A stretch of 64,000 nt of DNA from Octopus sinensis (GCF_006345805.1 NC_043012.1:46190001-46254000); one strand, 5' to 3'; positions 40,371 to 54,776 are shown, counted from the first letter of the stretch. Notes: generated from the sequence alone by a model not told the origin. Translations and numbers: made by a program.

Positions 40371-42295
40371 GGTGGAACATTCCCATCAAAACTTCTACCA
40401 AGAAGAAACTTAACCTGCTAGATAAACGTGGGAAGACGATATAAGTTCTAGTTGATTAGCTACAGATCACCCTTGATCTAGGGAGTTGAAAAATATTTGG
40501 CTGCTATTCCTAACGGGTAAAATAAGAGCTTAGAATCTACTTAGTTTAAAGATAGAAGAGTATTGTTGTAAGAATACTCAGTAGTTTATCATTAATATTT
40601 AAAATACATCTTAAAAAGTAAACAGTTTATTCCGTGTTATATGTTTCGAATCCATTATTGTTTTAGCTTATATAATGAAGTTAATTCATTTCATCTTTGT
40701 TTTATTTTACTTTGAAATATATTTCAAAACCATAACATTATTAGTGACTCGATGTATATCAATTCCTGATCAGTTCTCAGTGGATTGTTCTTGAGCATAA
40801 ATTAAAAAGAAAATCATTACTATTATTGCTATTTCTCGAAACCTAGTGACTCATTTTTTCGTAGGTAAAACATAATCATCTGAGACAATGTTGACATAAC
40901 GAGTATCAGAAATCAGGTGAGAGAATCAATATTGGCGATAAAATAATACATTTCACTTCTGTATCATTTGTATTATTATGGCTTTGGTTAATTTATTTTG
41001 TAATTTCGTATGCATAATTTAGCCTATACGGTCTATAAAGCAAGAATCACTTCAGATGTAACCCGGATCTGGTTGTATTGGGAACGAAATGACGAAATTT
41101 ATTTTTGTGGGATGGTAGCAAACGAAGTGTCATAGTTGCTAAATAACCAATATACTCCTAGGCTTTTGTTCTTTAACTACATTTCAATATACTTCAAGGA
41201 CAGCGGGCATCAAAATTCAGAATTAACTGCTTTCATCTAAATTATGAATTATTTAAATATTTTTTTTTCAAAAGAATATGACGATCTAGGTGATATATAC
41301 TAAATACTATATATACATATATACATACACACACATACATGCATACATACGTACATACATACACACACACACACACATACATATATAATACATGCATACA
41401 TAAGCTCAACCATATATTTACAAACAGCGGGGACTTCCTTAACTCAAAAAGTCGTGTCGCTTTGTTGGCGACATGCGTGAAGTCTCTCAAGAAGAGCTTA
41501 AATGAAACTCTAAGAAACACACACACATGTACACACGCACACGTATATGTTTAACTGTGATATAAAATTCTTCGTATACTTGTTTGCTGGAATAGGGTGT
41601 TAAATAAAGTCAGACAAAGAAACACGTTACCTCATCTCTAATGGCAGATGTTGCAAATAAAAGCATGGGAATTTGTGATATGAATGCATGCAGCTTAGCA
41701 GATGTGGTATTTTGTTGTTAAGCCTTAAACGCTTGGTATTATTGGAGCCACTGAAAATGTGTTGCTGTGAAAATGTCAGTTAATGTCATTGCTGTTTCAA
41801 GTCACTTATGATTAGACAAGACAACAATAGCATTCTAAATATGTTTAAGCATATTTCAATATTACTGGTCTGTCTACTGCAAATGAATTGTGGTTAATTC
41901 TTTTCATTTAAATGGCATCATGTACATATTGGATGATTAAATTATAATATGTACAACGTATCGCAATGAATGAAAAATATGTATAGAGCTTTTTTGTGGT
42001 GGGAAATGCTAACTATTACAAAATTTTGTATTAGAAACTTGGAAACGAGACATGGGCGTCATTGTCTTAGTGAAGATATTGATTCATTGACACTAAAATA
42101 ATAAATCTATTGCATAATTAATTCAGAAGTTGGAGACGTCAATACGCAGCCTTTTACTTGTTAGGTAGGAAGATATGAAAAGGGCCGACACTGATGTAAT
42201 TTGTTTTATGTGTGGAATATATTATGAAACTAAAAGTCTAGTCAGCGACATATTTATGTAATGCATAAAAGATGAGAAGAATATATTGCCGCGCA

Positions 42296-42645
42296 CTCAC
42301 TTACTCACTCACTCCCTCACTCATTCAATCACTTACTCACTTACTCGCTCACCCACTCACTCACTCACTCACTCACTCACTCATTCATTCATTCACTCAC
42401 TCATTTACTCGCTCATTCACTCACTAACTTAATCGCTCACTCACTCATTCATTCACTCCCTCATTTACTCGCTCACTCACTCATTCATTCACTCACTCAC
42501 GTACTCACTCACTTAATCACTCACTCACTTACTCGCTCTCTCACTCATTCACTTACTCGCTCGCTCACTCACTCACTCGCTCACTCGCTCACTCACTCAC
42601 TCACTCACTCACTCATTCACTCACTCAGTCACTCACTCACTCACA
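42296..42645. repeat. Degenerate (ACTC)n tetranucleotide array
   Basis: Direct reading. Confidence 0.95.
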
Positions 42646-43147
42646 TATAAATACATACGTACATGACTGATTGATTCCACGAGTTTGTACATGTATTCAT
42701 GTGGAGAAACAGGAGTATATTCATATATACATGACTCCCCTTATGATGACGTGGAGGATGAGGAGCAGTATGAAGAGTAGAAGGAAGAGGGAGAAAGTTA
42801 TTAACTTATATAGTAAAAAATATTGTTTCTAGATTATAAACCTGTTCTTTTATCATTGTTGACAAACTACATGAATTAACATATGTACATACGCGTATAT
42901 ATGCATACATAAAGCTTACACTAATAACATTTCTGTCAATGATCTTTGTATGTTGCTTTCGACGAGGAAAGTTACAGGTGCATAGATAGAGATGAAAATA
43001 TATATTCTTTTCTATGACGTATCTTAGAAATTAATATTACTGTATGTAAAAATATTATCAGATTCCTTAATTTATATTATTATATGTAAAGATATGTTTT
43101 CCAGATTTCTCAATTGATATTAAAATATGTAAAAATACATTTTCCAG

Positions 43148-43234
43148 GTTCTCTTGACATAATTAATCAGATACCCCAAGATGTTTCAGCTCTACTATTT
43201 CTTCTGCTATCGTTGGGTCATTCTTTTGAAATAG
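43148..43234 (+). CDS. Candidate 87-nt phase 1-1 exon (SLDIINQIPQDVSALLFLLLSLGHSFEI)
   Basis: Acceptor tacattttccag, donor ATAG|GTATGA, only one frame open, length divisible by 3. Confidence 0.3.
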
Positions 43235-44238
43235 GTATGATGTTTGTGACATTAAAAATATAATCACCACCGGGAATGTCTACAATGAGTATGATACTAG
43301 ATCCTCTATCTTCAAATAAAATGAGAAACCAGAAACCCAAAGGCTTAGGATCAAGTGAATGATCCTTTGAAAATCGAATAACAAAGCATCTACTAATCAT
43401 CTAACAAGGCAGGGAATTAATATAGTGTACGTTTGTACGTATGGGTCAAACTACATCATGGAGTTGGAAACGAGCTCCTCAGAAAGTATTTCCTAAGTAA
43501 CAACAATGACTACTCACCCACCAGACAACTTTACACTTTTATTAGCGTTCACTTTAAACGGTATAGCGTTCACTTTAAATGCATACGATGTGTTTGTACT
43601 CACATCGTAGGCACCAGGTCGAATACAATTTTAGAGTGACTACTTATATAAGATGAGATGTAGTTCAGCAAAATATGCGATGGTATTTGTGAAAGCGAAA
43701 AGGTTCTGGAGACCAGATGTTATAGTTATGTAGAAGCCATATCCGCCCATAATATGAAAAAAGCATTAGCGTCAAAATCTCAATTAAAAGCCGCAAAAAA
43801 CAAGTTTCATACAATCTGGAGGAAAGAAATTTTCTGCAAACCAGTGTAAATCAGTTATCTATCAGCCAGTGAGGTAAAGCAATGAAAGAAACAGAAAACG
43901 CGTACCAACTTGAAACGTAATCTGTCCTATCTTGCTTCCCTAAGGCTTTTTATCATTTTAATCGTTGTCTCCGCGTGGCCCCAAGCCTTTATTCTGTTTA
44001 TTGTTTTGTCCCTCTTTCGTTCACGAACGATCTCGTCCCGAGTCGGCCTCGTTTTCTTATGTTTTGGTTCCAGAGTGGAAGCAATATAATCAATGATGGC
44101 CGAAATTACGCTTGACCATCCAGCCGATGACTAAAGAGGAATTGGTGACATGTGTTTTCTGTTCGTCTGTGTATTTATCATATATTGGTACGTTTACTTT
44201 CCAAAGGTTTTTTACAATTATATACATACATATATATA

Positions 44239-44276
<38 letters not shown>

Positions 44277-44280
<4 letters not shown>

Positions 44281-44479
44281 TGCAGCACGGATTTTTGTCA
44301 GTGAACAGGTCTCGGTTTATAGTGACGAAAATATTTTGACAAATTAAACTTAAATGTTGAAGTGAATCGAACGGCTTTTGTGTGTTTCTTAAATGGCCTA
44401 CAAATACCTTCCACGCTGCAATTGTTTTCGTTTGAGCACACGATCTCAAATCAAATCACTTGCTATGCAAGTACATCTC
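44277..44479. mobile_element. ~200-bp MITE-like repeat, copy C (best preserved)
   Basis: Ends GAGATG...CATCTC; (TA)n on both sides. Confidence 0.75.
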
Positions 44480-44492
44480 CGTAATATATATA

Positions 44493-44523
<31 letters not shown>

Positions 44524-44844
44524 CAAGGGTAAACAAGGGGAGACAGAAATAGGCAGAAAAAAGGAACATGTCCCTTGCATTTGAAAACTATGGAAATAAG
44601 TTTTTTTTAAAAGCATTTCATTTATATATTGTGTGCTCGTGTCTTGTGAAATGCTTCTATATTGTGACAGCTACAGAATAAATAAAGACGTGTAAAACCG
44701 ATAACTATATAATCCAACTAAAATATCTCAGTTACACAAACGTAAACAGAATTACTATTTAGCATAAAAATACATCGTAAATATTCAAAGAACCTTCTCT
44801 GTTTAGTGGTAACGGAACGTTCTTCTGCTATTCTTGTTTTCTTT

Positions 44845-45910
44845 TACTTGTTTCAGTCATTTGACGGAGACCATACTGGGGCAGCGCCCTTTAGTCGAAG
44901 AAATCGACCCCTTATTATACCAGTCCCTTCTGCCGAACAGCTAAATTACGGGGAGGCAAACACACCAACATTGGCTGTCAAATAATGTCGGTGGGGGCAC
45001 AAACACACAGACAAACACACACACACATAAAACTATAAATTAATATATATATCAGGTCATCCCATAAGTTCTGTCCGATTTTACCTTTTTTAAAATTGAA
45101 TGAAATTTAATAGTATTTTAGAATGACTAATAGAATTAAAAGTTATTTTTATGAATTTGTGTACATTTAAACTAATTAAATATTATTTTAGAGAATAATA
45201 GAATTAAAATTCCTTTGATTGGTTAAAATCCTTTCTATTATGGAAGTGTCCAAAGAGCATTTGAGGCACATAATGCTTTATGAGTACAAAATAGGAAACT
45301 CTGCAGCCGAAGTGACTCGAAACATACACTCAGTTTATGGGAAAGAATGTTTAAATGAAAGAACTTGCAGAAGATGGTTTGCAAAATTCAGGAGTGGAGA
45401 TTTCAGCCTTGAAGATGAAGATCGAATAAGACGACCAGTTGAGTTTGATGATAAGCACCTTGAGGCATTAGTTGAAGAAAATCCTGCATTATCAGGATAA
45501 AGCTTAAATCAAATCATGCAACTGTTCACCGTCATCTTCAACAATTTGCTCCTTTATAATACCATTTGTTTCGTAGTTTACAGAAGCATTTGGAGGACAT
45601 AACTTTCGCAAGCCAGGAAGATGTCGAAACTGACATTTCAGAGTTCTTTGCTTTGAAACCAAAAGAGATTTACATTGATGGGTTTAAAAATCTTGTAAAT
45701 AGATGGAAGTAAGTCATAGATAATCAAGAAAAGTATATTGATGATTAAATTTCAATCAAATATAACATTTGATCACTTGTTTTCTTTATTCAAAATTTGA
45801 ACAGAACTTATAGGATGACCTGATACATATGACTGGTTTCTTTCAGTTTCTGCCTAGCAAATTCACTCACGTGGCTTTGGTCGGCCCGAGGCTATAATAG
45901 AAGACACTCT
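44845..45910 (-). mobile_element. Main-family SINE split by a mariner insertion
   Basis: Tail reverse complement at 44845-45030; middle/head part at 45828-45910. Confidence 0.75.
45052..45823 (+). mobile_element. Internally deleted mariner transposon (cecropia/Hsmar1-like)
   Basis: TA|TCAGGTCATCCCATAAGTTCTG...CAGAACTTATAGGATGACCTGA|TA; ORF 45219-45500 is the HTH domain (RHIMLYEYK..AAE..NERTCRRWFAKFRSGDFSLED); jumps to YHLFRSLQ..RWK, so most of the DD34D domain is missing. Confidence 0.95.
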
Positions 45911-46424
45911 TTAAAGTATAGTGTTGAATTTCGTGTAGCCACCTGTCGGCAACTTTTCTCCCTCACCCTTTTTGGAGGGTGTATTACCTACTTTTCTGGG
46001 CTCTTTTCACAGGTATACCCTGTTCGAAATTTGCGTTAGTTTTTGTATGAAAAGATACAAAATGAAGGGAGTGGGGCTTACTTGTAGTTTGTAGAGAAAG
46101 CGTTAAACGTGCCTGAAAAACAAAACAGTATTTTCGCCGTACTATAAGACATGAAGGACTATGAAAGAAGGCGAGGAAGAACCGTGGGTGGAGGAAAGAA
46201 TAGAGAACTAACAGTCGATCGTTCTAGAACTCCCAGAATAAAAAAAGTTAAACACCTGAAAGACTTTCCCTCTATTCGTTACTAAATGTCTTTCCCTCTT
46301 CTTCATTGTTAAAGGTAAAGAAACTAGAAAAGATTGATCGTATTTCAGTCTAATTGTCAGTGTAAATGACTGAGGTTTTCCTTTCTCTGTCTCTATCGCT
46401 TCATTCCTTTGCTGTACGTTTAAG

Positions 46425-46730
46425 AGAGTGAAGGTGCATGGCTCATTGGTTAGAGGTATCCGGTTCATGATCGTGAGGTCAAGAGTACGATTCTCTGCTG
46501 CGCGCTTAGTTTTTGAGGCAAGGTACTCTACTTTACCTTGCTGCAATCCACTCAGCTGGCAAAAATGAATCGTAGTTATAATTCAGTCTTGTTACATTCT
46601 GTATAAGACTGGATATCCCTGAGAACTACCTTATGGTATGCATGTTTGTGGAGTACTCAGCTACTCGCGCGTTAATTTTATAAGCAGACTGTTGGTCAGA
46701 TAAATAGGAGTGCCATTAAAAAAAATGAAT
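46425..46730 (+). mobile_element. Decayed tRNA-derived SINE of a further family
   Basis: Head ggtgcatggctcattggttagag..gagtacgattc..; body partly repeated at ~47040-47140. Confidence 0.55.
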
Positions 46731-47339
46731 AAAAGAAAAGGCAAAAATATCATGTGTTTAGTATAAGCAGTGAAAGTTAAGACGAAGTAATTGCTATTCC
46801 GTTGTGTATTCGCCTTCGACCCACGTTCAGTTTGATAACAACAGTCTGCGCATCGGTGTTTATCTGGGGGCTTGGCCTCCACATCTGGGAGACCCAAAAA
46901 TACCGCTGTTAGGACCGGATTAACACCCATAGTGACCCTAAGACTAAAAAGTTTTTCCTGTCTCTATATAGGATCATTGTTCGTTTTCTTCTAAATACTT
47001 GGAAGTTTATCTTGCTCCAGTCCACGCAGCAGGCCAAAATGAGTTGTAGGCTGTGTGAGGTCGAATCTACCTGAAAACTACGTTAATAATATGCATGTAT
47101 GTGGATTACCGAGGCACTTGCGAGTTAATTTTATCCTCGTGTAGAAATGAAAAGTGAAAATGACATTCAATTTTTGCTGTTTCTGTGTATCTATGTATCA
47201 ACTTATCTTTGGATCTATGTATCTACTGTCTCTCTCTCACTTTCTCTCATTCTCATTCACTTCTTCTATGTCCCTCCTCTCTCCCGCTTGTAATTTAACA
47301 ATGTGTGTGTGTATCTATGTATTTACTTTCCTTGCGATG

Positions 47340-47700
47340 TGATAAACATTTAAAAAACACAAAACGAACGCCGTCATCACTCACTGTCTCATTCACTCCC
47401 TCTTTCTCTTTCTCTCTCACTCTCTTTCTCGTTCTCTCTTTCTCTCTTACTTCTCTGAAACATTTAAAAACACAAATCGAACGTCGTCACCACTCACTGC
47501 CTGTTTCACTCTCTCTTTCTCTTTCTCTCTCACTAACTCTCTCTTTTCTCTCTTCTGTGAAACATTTAAAATCACAAAACGAACGTCGTCACCACGCAGT
47601 CTCTTTCACTCTCTCTCACTCTCTTACTATATCTCTCTTACTCTCTCTCTGTTTCTCCCTAGCTTTCTCTTTTTCTCACTTACTTCCTCTCTGTCCTCCT
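47340..47700. repeat. Three ~110-bp tandem units (aaacatttaaaa.cacaaa.cgaacg.cgtca.cac + CT-rich spacer)
   Basis: Units start at ~47343, ~47458 and ~47560. Confidence 0.85.
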
Positions 47701-48673
47701 CTCTCTCGCTTTCAGACTCACTTCTTCTTTGAGGTAAGTGCAACACAGACGACAGGTACGTACAAAAAGAACAACTTGACATATTAATATTATTAATTAT
47801 ATATTATTAATATTATTTATGTTGTTGATGTTGTCATCTCATCACAACTGTTTTTGTATAACTCTCTGCAAATTTACTCTAACCCTTTATATCTTAGTTT
47901 ACATTAATTCTAATTTTAGAATCTTTTAAATGTAGTTGAAATTTTAATCCATAACGCTCTTACTAGTTTAAATTTTAAAAACTGACTAATCAGGTTAATC
48001 CGAATCTATATCGAATTTCAAACAACTTTCAGTATTTATATACTGATAATAAGAGCATTCATGACGTTTGCAATATTACCAAAAATAGTATTCACTCAGT
48101 TTCCAACATCATTCCCCCCACTACGTTAGGTTAAAAAAATGAACATCACTATCTTAGACAGACCAAATCCACGAAAAGCCCATATGAAATTTTTCCACAA
48201 TAACTGGAGAATATACAACTTATACACAATGCTAATGTGGCAATCGTTGCTGACCTGATTACAAAAACTGATGTTTTAGAGTGCTCACTTCCAAATTTGG
48301 CAATGTAATACCCCTTCTTCTAGTAAATTACTCCTGTGCCATTATTTTGCATTATTCGGCCGCTTTGTGACATGCCTTCCCCTTATCTCTATTCTGATTG
48401 AAAATTCCCATCTTATACTCCCGTCTTCCCCACACAATAATCATTCCATCAGTAGTTTGCTAGTTATAACCAGAAATGGGTGTGACGAAACTAGCATTAA
48501 TTTTCTTCCCTGGAGTGAACAATAGACCAATTCAGTAACCCTATCAATAATGTACCTATAATGACAACTGGAAACAGCTGTAAGCCAAATTTGCTTCAAG
48601 GAAGACGAATATAACCGTTATTTTAAACTCGTTTGTGTATATATGTATATGTATGTATGTACGTATGTATATA

Positions 48674-48706
<33 letters not shown>

Positions 48707-49077
48707 TACGTGTTGTGGGTATGTGTATTACACACATATATCTGCCTGGATTGAAAGCAGTTTTGATTTATACATAGATCTGCACTTCCTATTTTGTAAT
48801 GCTGACTAACCTATTTATTATTCAATGCGATAAAGTTTGAAAGATATCAGGAGAATATTTGTATTTCTTTTTCCATTTGAAATATTCCGATCGATTGTTA
48901 GACTGTTAACAAGTTAATGCTTGCGATATATGATTCTCGTACTTCGGATCATTTCATTGGGTTCTTATAATCTGATATTTCGTAAAATGAGACTCATTTA
49001 GATTTGTTTTATATGCATGTAATAAATCGACATAATCAAGTGTTACAGATTAGTTCAATGCACTGATTTCTCTTCAG

Positions 49078-49181
49078 AGTAGACATTTCTTGTTATGATT
49101 CTAAGGACAACTTTCTCACGCATAGTATTGATTTTGATTTGATAACATTATTAGAAGGCGTCGCAAATCTTGATTTCACAA
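49078..49181 (+). CDS. Candidate exon (VDISCYDSKDNFLTHSIDFDLITLLEGVANLDFT)
   Basis: Acceptor gatttctcttcag, donor CAA|GTAATT, open frame; not recognised. Confidence 0.25.
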
Positions 49182-49882
49182 GTAATTGACAAGAGAAGCT
49201 AATTTCCTCGAACAGCGAGTCCCAGAAAAGAATGGCGTCAGATATCAGTTCCTTGGTTCGTTTTTACTAAATAAATAAAAAAAATCGATACAGATTTTAT
49301 GTAACTACAACAGTTTCCATTTTACATTCCATGTATCCGTTTTGAAAGAAATTATTTACATTTTTATAGAAGAAATAGGTTGGCCAACAAAACAGTAGGT
49401 TACGTGATAGGCTAGAAATAGCACCGTAGTAATTGGATCTGCGTCTTCTTTTTGTTTGTAAGCCTATATTTGAGTCATTTACTCATTATCACCAATTTCT
49501 GTGGTGGCAAACGTTGATAAACTGATATGAAAAGACATGTTTACAGGCTGGAAATGATATATTTTTACACTCTGAGTTACCTTTGGGCTGAAAACATATA
49601 TGCATGTTTTTCTCATCATTCATTAATTTGGATACATAAATTATTGATTAACTTATCTGGAACCAGGCCATATATCTGCATATTAAGACACAACGGGATC
49701 AGTTGATTTAATTAAGTTAATCATGTCATGTAGTTTCGTTATCAACTGGGAAAGATAAAAGGTGCAGCTAACCTTCGAACAAGTTGTAATCTAACCATGC
49801 ATGTGTGAAATTACCAATTCCATATAATGCAATATATTTCAAGGCATTTATTAATTTACACTGTTAACATTCTTGGAAATAG

Positions 49883-49918
<36 letters not shown>

Positions 49919-50579
49919 GCAGTAATGAACAACGCCGTTCATGCTTACTTGCGAAGGGATTCAGTTCTGTATGTTCAAAATATAACAATATCCGATTAAT
50001 GTGTCACCCCGTGTAAGACTTTTCATTTAGGATAACAGTTGAAGGATATACTTAAATACTACATAATCTTGGAGTGTAAGATAAATGAAATTTAACCATG
50101 AATTAATATACAAGTTACTACACTATCAGCATATAATGCTACAAATTATAACAATGTTACTTCTTTAAATCATTTTATTGCAGCCCTGGTGGAGTTTAGT
50201 GGAACAAATCGACCCAGAACTTATTTTTCTAAGCCTATTACTTATTTTATTGGTCTAACTAGCTGCACCACTAGGTTTCGTGGACGCAAAACACGCCGAA
50301 ACAGAAATGTAATGAGAGTGAGGTATACTAGTCTCCATGATAAAAAGAAAGAAAAAAACATTCAGCAAGTAAACCTAAATTCCAGTGTTGCAAGTTTCAT
50401 ACGCAGTCATAAGGAATCCTAGCTACTGTTATGTCTCTGAATATGCAGCGGTACGAGAACCTTGTTTCCACGACTGTTGCTTGCACTTATGTCCAATATG
50501 TTGCGAAAAACTAAGTGCCGAGCTCAAGGTAATCCAAAGTCGTTTCACCTCAGTGAAACAGTAAAATTATTGAGAGATG

Positions 50580-50635
<56 letters not shown>

Positions 50636-50880
50636 TAGCAAAAACGGAGATAGGAAAGCCAAGGGTGTGATGAGTGTTGAGGACGTTTATAAGGAAAGAG
50701 ATATAGATATAGTCTTTCAGCTGTAAGATTATATTCATATCGCTTTCCTTATGTGTGTCCTGAAAAGTCATCACATCCTTGGCATTGTTATCTCTTGTTC
50801 CTAATATATATATATATATATTTCGTTTGGGCATTTGTTTTGCAAGATTCTTTATATGAGTTCGTGTGTTGAAGCATATT

Positions 50881-51714
50881 CTGTTGTGTCTGAGGAGAGT
50901 CTTTCTCTTTTAGAACCTTATTATTTAACACACTCACGGTAAAACTTCCAATTATTTCGTCTTTTTATTTTCCTAAAATTTTCGTTGCGTCTTGCAACCT
51001 TTTCAATAGTCTTGACTCTGTCCGTTCTTTATACTGCGTTCCCTTTTGTTTGTTTGTGCGCATGTGTGTGTGCCTATACATTCATACATGTACGTATGTA
51101 TGTGTGTGTTTGCATGTGTATGTATGTATATATGTGTGTGTATGCATATGTATGTATGTAATGTGTGCATATGTATCTACGTATCCTGCATATTTATGTG
51201 CTTGCCTGTCCGTGTTTGTGGAGACATGGATCCACACATATAAAGATGCACATATATACATACAAACATGGTACATAGTTACATAACACACACACAGATA
51301 TGCACAGACAAGGAGACAGAGGTGCATACATATACAAACACATGCTTACAGACACATACATAGAAAATACTCAAACACGGACAGGCAAGCACGTAAATAT
51401 GCAGGATACTTACATACATATGCACACATTACATACATACATATGCATACACACACATATATACATACATGCACATGCAAACACACACACACATACATAC
51501 GTACATGTATGAATGTATAGGCACACACACATGCGCACAAACAAACAAAAGGGAACGTAGTATAAAGAACGGACAGAGTCAAGACTATTGAAAAGGTTGC
51601 AAGACGCAACGAAAATTTTAGGAATATAAAAATACGAAATAAGTGGAAATTTTACCGGTGAGTGTGTTAAATAATGAGGTACTAAAAGAGAAAGACTCTC
51701 CCCAGACACAGCAG
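50881..51714. repeat. ~340-bp inverted duplication (arms 50881-51218 and 51372-51714)
   Basis: Arm-to-arm reverse-complement alignment, including the irregular CA/TG-rich segment. Confidence 0.9.
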
Positions 51715-51989
51715 TATATATATATATACACATATATATATATATACATATATATATATTATATATATATATATATATATACACAAATACAACAACCACA
51801 TTAAACTCCTCACTCTTTTCAGTATCAAACCAAGAGTTTAACTACGGTCTGCCCATAGCACTTACTTAGCGTTACCTGCCACTCTTTGCGTCTTCTAGAT
51901 ACCAATATCTATATATATATATATATATATTATAATATATATATATAATCTAAAAAAACACAATATGTTTTATGTGCTAATATTAGTTT

Positions 51990-52690
51990 CATATAATGAG
52001 AACATGCCAAGCGGTACTTTGTATCCTTTCTAATACTACCAGATGAAATAACAAACTAAAAATGGGCTAATGGGTTGTGAGAAAAAGCGAGAAAACGCGT
52101 GAAAAATGTTTACTAGTCAGGTGTGATATTTGAAGTCGAACTTCACACCATATACGATAAATAGAGAAGTCGCTGAAAAATCCACACCACATGTAAACGG
52201 TTAGAAAAATGTAAGCTATGCGTAACTGAGAGAACTCAGATTTTTTTCAGATCTAAGAACTCTAAGACATTGATGAATAGTTGATCCGAAATTTTCAGCG
52301 GTTGTAAACATACGACTAAATTCCTGTTGACGAATTGAAAAGAACCATCCTCTCCGTTTTGAACAGCTGTATCACAGTCTCTAAGCCACTATCTTTTCAG
52401 CGTTATATTTTAGTGTCAAAGGGGATATAACTCAAATTTCATTGCTTTTGCTTCTTTCGGTTTTCTTTTTCGTTTTTCCCGTTTTCAAACTTCCACATTT
52501 TATATCTGTCTCTTTCTGGCTCGCTATCGCTTTCTATCTCATCCTATCGGCCCATTTGTTGTTTGTTATGCTATGTGTACCTTGCTGAAATTGTGCTGAA
52601 ACACATGTATTGTGTGTGTTTTATTATATTTATCTTTCACCATATGGAATCATTTATTTTATTCAGCTTCGGGCTGGACGAATTAAAAGT
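51990..52690 (+). pseudogene. Penelope-like (Neptune-type) GIY-YIG C-terminus and 3' UTR
   Basis: SQV*YLKSNFTPYTINREV..KCKLCVTERTQI..LMNS*SEIFSGCKHTTKFLL matches the PLE C-terminal C..C..EK..LN.RSE..CRH..KF motif. Confidence 0.75.
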
Positions 52691-52849
52691 TTATATATAT
52701 ATATATATATATATATCATATATATATATATAATATATATATTATATATATATATATATAATATATATATATATAATATTAGGGAGTAAATCCAAACTTA
52801 CAGGGAAAAATTAGATTTAGGATTAAATCTAATTTTACAGTATAAATAT

Positions 52850-52878
<29 letters not shown>

Positions 52879-52880
<2 letters not shown>

Positions 52881-53402
52881 TAAATTAGAGATAAAACCAC
52901 TATTAGGCAAATCAAACAGTGAAAAACATAAGCCAAAACATAGAAATAAATTTAATTCATATAATATACAAAATATATAAAATATAATATTCAAAATTTT
53001 AATTATTTAAATTAAAGTTAAAAATTAAAAAAATTTTAAAATTTTAAATTCTTAATTTATACTTATAAATTTATATATATATATATATTTTATTATTTTT
53101 ATTTATATTTTTATTATTATTTTTAAAATATTTTATTTATTTAATTATATTTATTTATATAAATATATTTAATTTTTTTATTTTATTTTATTTTATTTAT
53201 CATATTATTATATTAAATATATATAACTATCAAAAAGTATTAACAAGTTTAATAAAAGATTAAAAGTAAAAACTTGTTAATACTTTTTGATAGTTATATA
53301 TTTAATATAATAATATTATTTAAAAAATTAAATAAATTTAAATAAAGAAATACAATTAAATAAAAAAAAGAATAAATATATATATATAAAAAAGAAATAA
53401 TA

Positions 53403-53437
<35 letters not shown>

Positions 53438-53627
53438 ATATAAATTTATAAGTATAAATTCATAAACTTAATTTTTTTTAAATTTTATATTTTGAACTTT
53501 TAACTTAGATAATTTAAATTTTTTGAATAGTATATTTTGTATATTATATTAATTAAATTTATTTCTATGTTTTGGTGTACGTTTTACACTGTTTGATTGG
53601 CCTAATAGTGGTTTTATCTCTAATTTA

Positions 53628-53629
<2 letters not shown>
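52879..53629. repeat. Large AT-rich palindrome centred near 53260
   Basis: Outer arms 52879-52957 / 53551-53629 are complementary; near-perfect ~31-bp stem at 53219-53300. Confidence 0.75.
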
Positions 53630-53696
<67 letters not shown>

Positions 53697-53697
<1 letters not shown>

Positions 53698-54020
53698 AAA
53701 GGCTTCCAAATAAGGAAGCGTAGTGCTAGAAACACAAACATGGGTAAATTAATAAAAGGAATGAAAATTAAAAACATTTGCCATCTCAGCTATATCCCAG
53801 ACCGAACGTTTTCTACATATTTTTAGCAAAAAAAACAGAATATATTTGCCAGGCCAGGTTCTTCTGTGGGAAGCCTTCGTAATCCTAGACGCACAGACTG
53901 TTAAGAAGCACATGTAGATCTAACGGTTTGAGATGGTAAATGTTTTTAATTTTTATTCCTTTCAATAATTTACCTTTTTTTGTGTTTCTAGCACTACGCT
54001 TCCTTATTTGGAAGCCTTTT
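53697..54020. repeat. ~90-bp inverted repeat pair (MITE or inverted pLTR)
   Basis: aaaggcttccaaataaggaagcgtagtgctagaaacaca.. and its reverse complement ending at ~54020. Confidence 0.8.
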
Positions 54021-54146
54021 ATTATATTTCTATACGAAAAATATATAGACTAATTCGTCTTTTGTGCTAGGCCACTGGTAATAATAATTTATTTTAATAC
54101 CCTATTTGATTATGTTTATTATATACATTTATATATATATATATTA

Positions 54147-54215
<69 letters not shown>

Positions 54216-54420
54216 AGATAGAACTTCAACTTTGTTCTGTTTTCTTTTCATTTTGTAGCTTACTTTGTACTATCTCGCACTGTTCCGGCTTGGCAAATGA
54301 AAGACGGAAGATGGAATATACGAGAATTTATTATTAATATACAATGTATACATACATGCATATATATATATATAATATATATAATATATATATATATATT
54401 ATATATATACATACATACAC

Positions 54421-54452
<32 letters not shown>

Positions 54453-54712
54453 AGAAATTAACTGCGTGAAAGTCAATATAAAGAATACTCTATCCAATGC
54501 GAGTTCAATATTACTAAACTTTTCCACTACATGTATTTTACGCGCTACTAATACTTCCCCATACATGCGTACGTTCATCATGCGTCAATCAGTTGACTAA
54601 CGCCTGACGGACGTACGCATGTACGGCAAACTCTTTGTAGAACTATAAGTACCTGCAGTCGAAGCGTTTAGTAATATATATGTGTATATGTGTGTGTATG
54701 CGTGTGTGTGCG

Positions 54713-54776
<64 letters not shown>

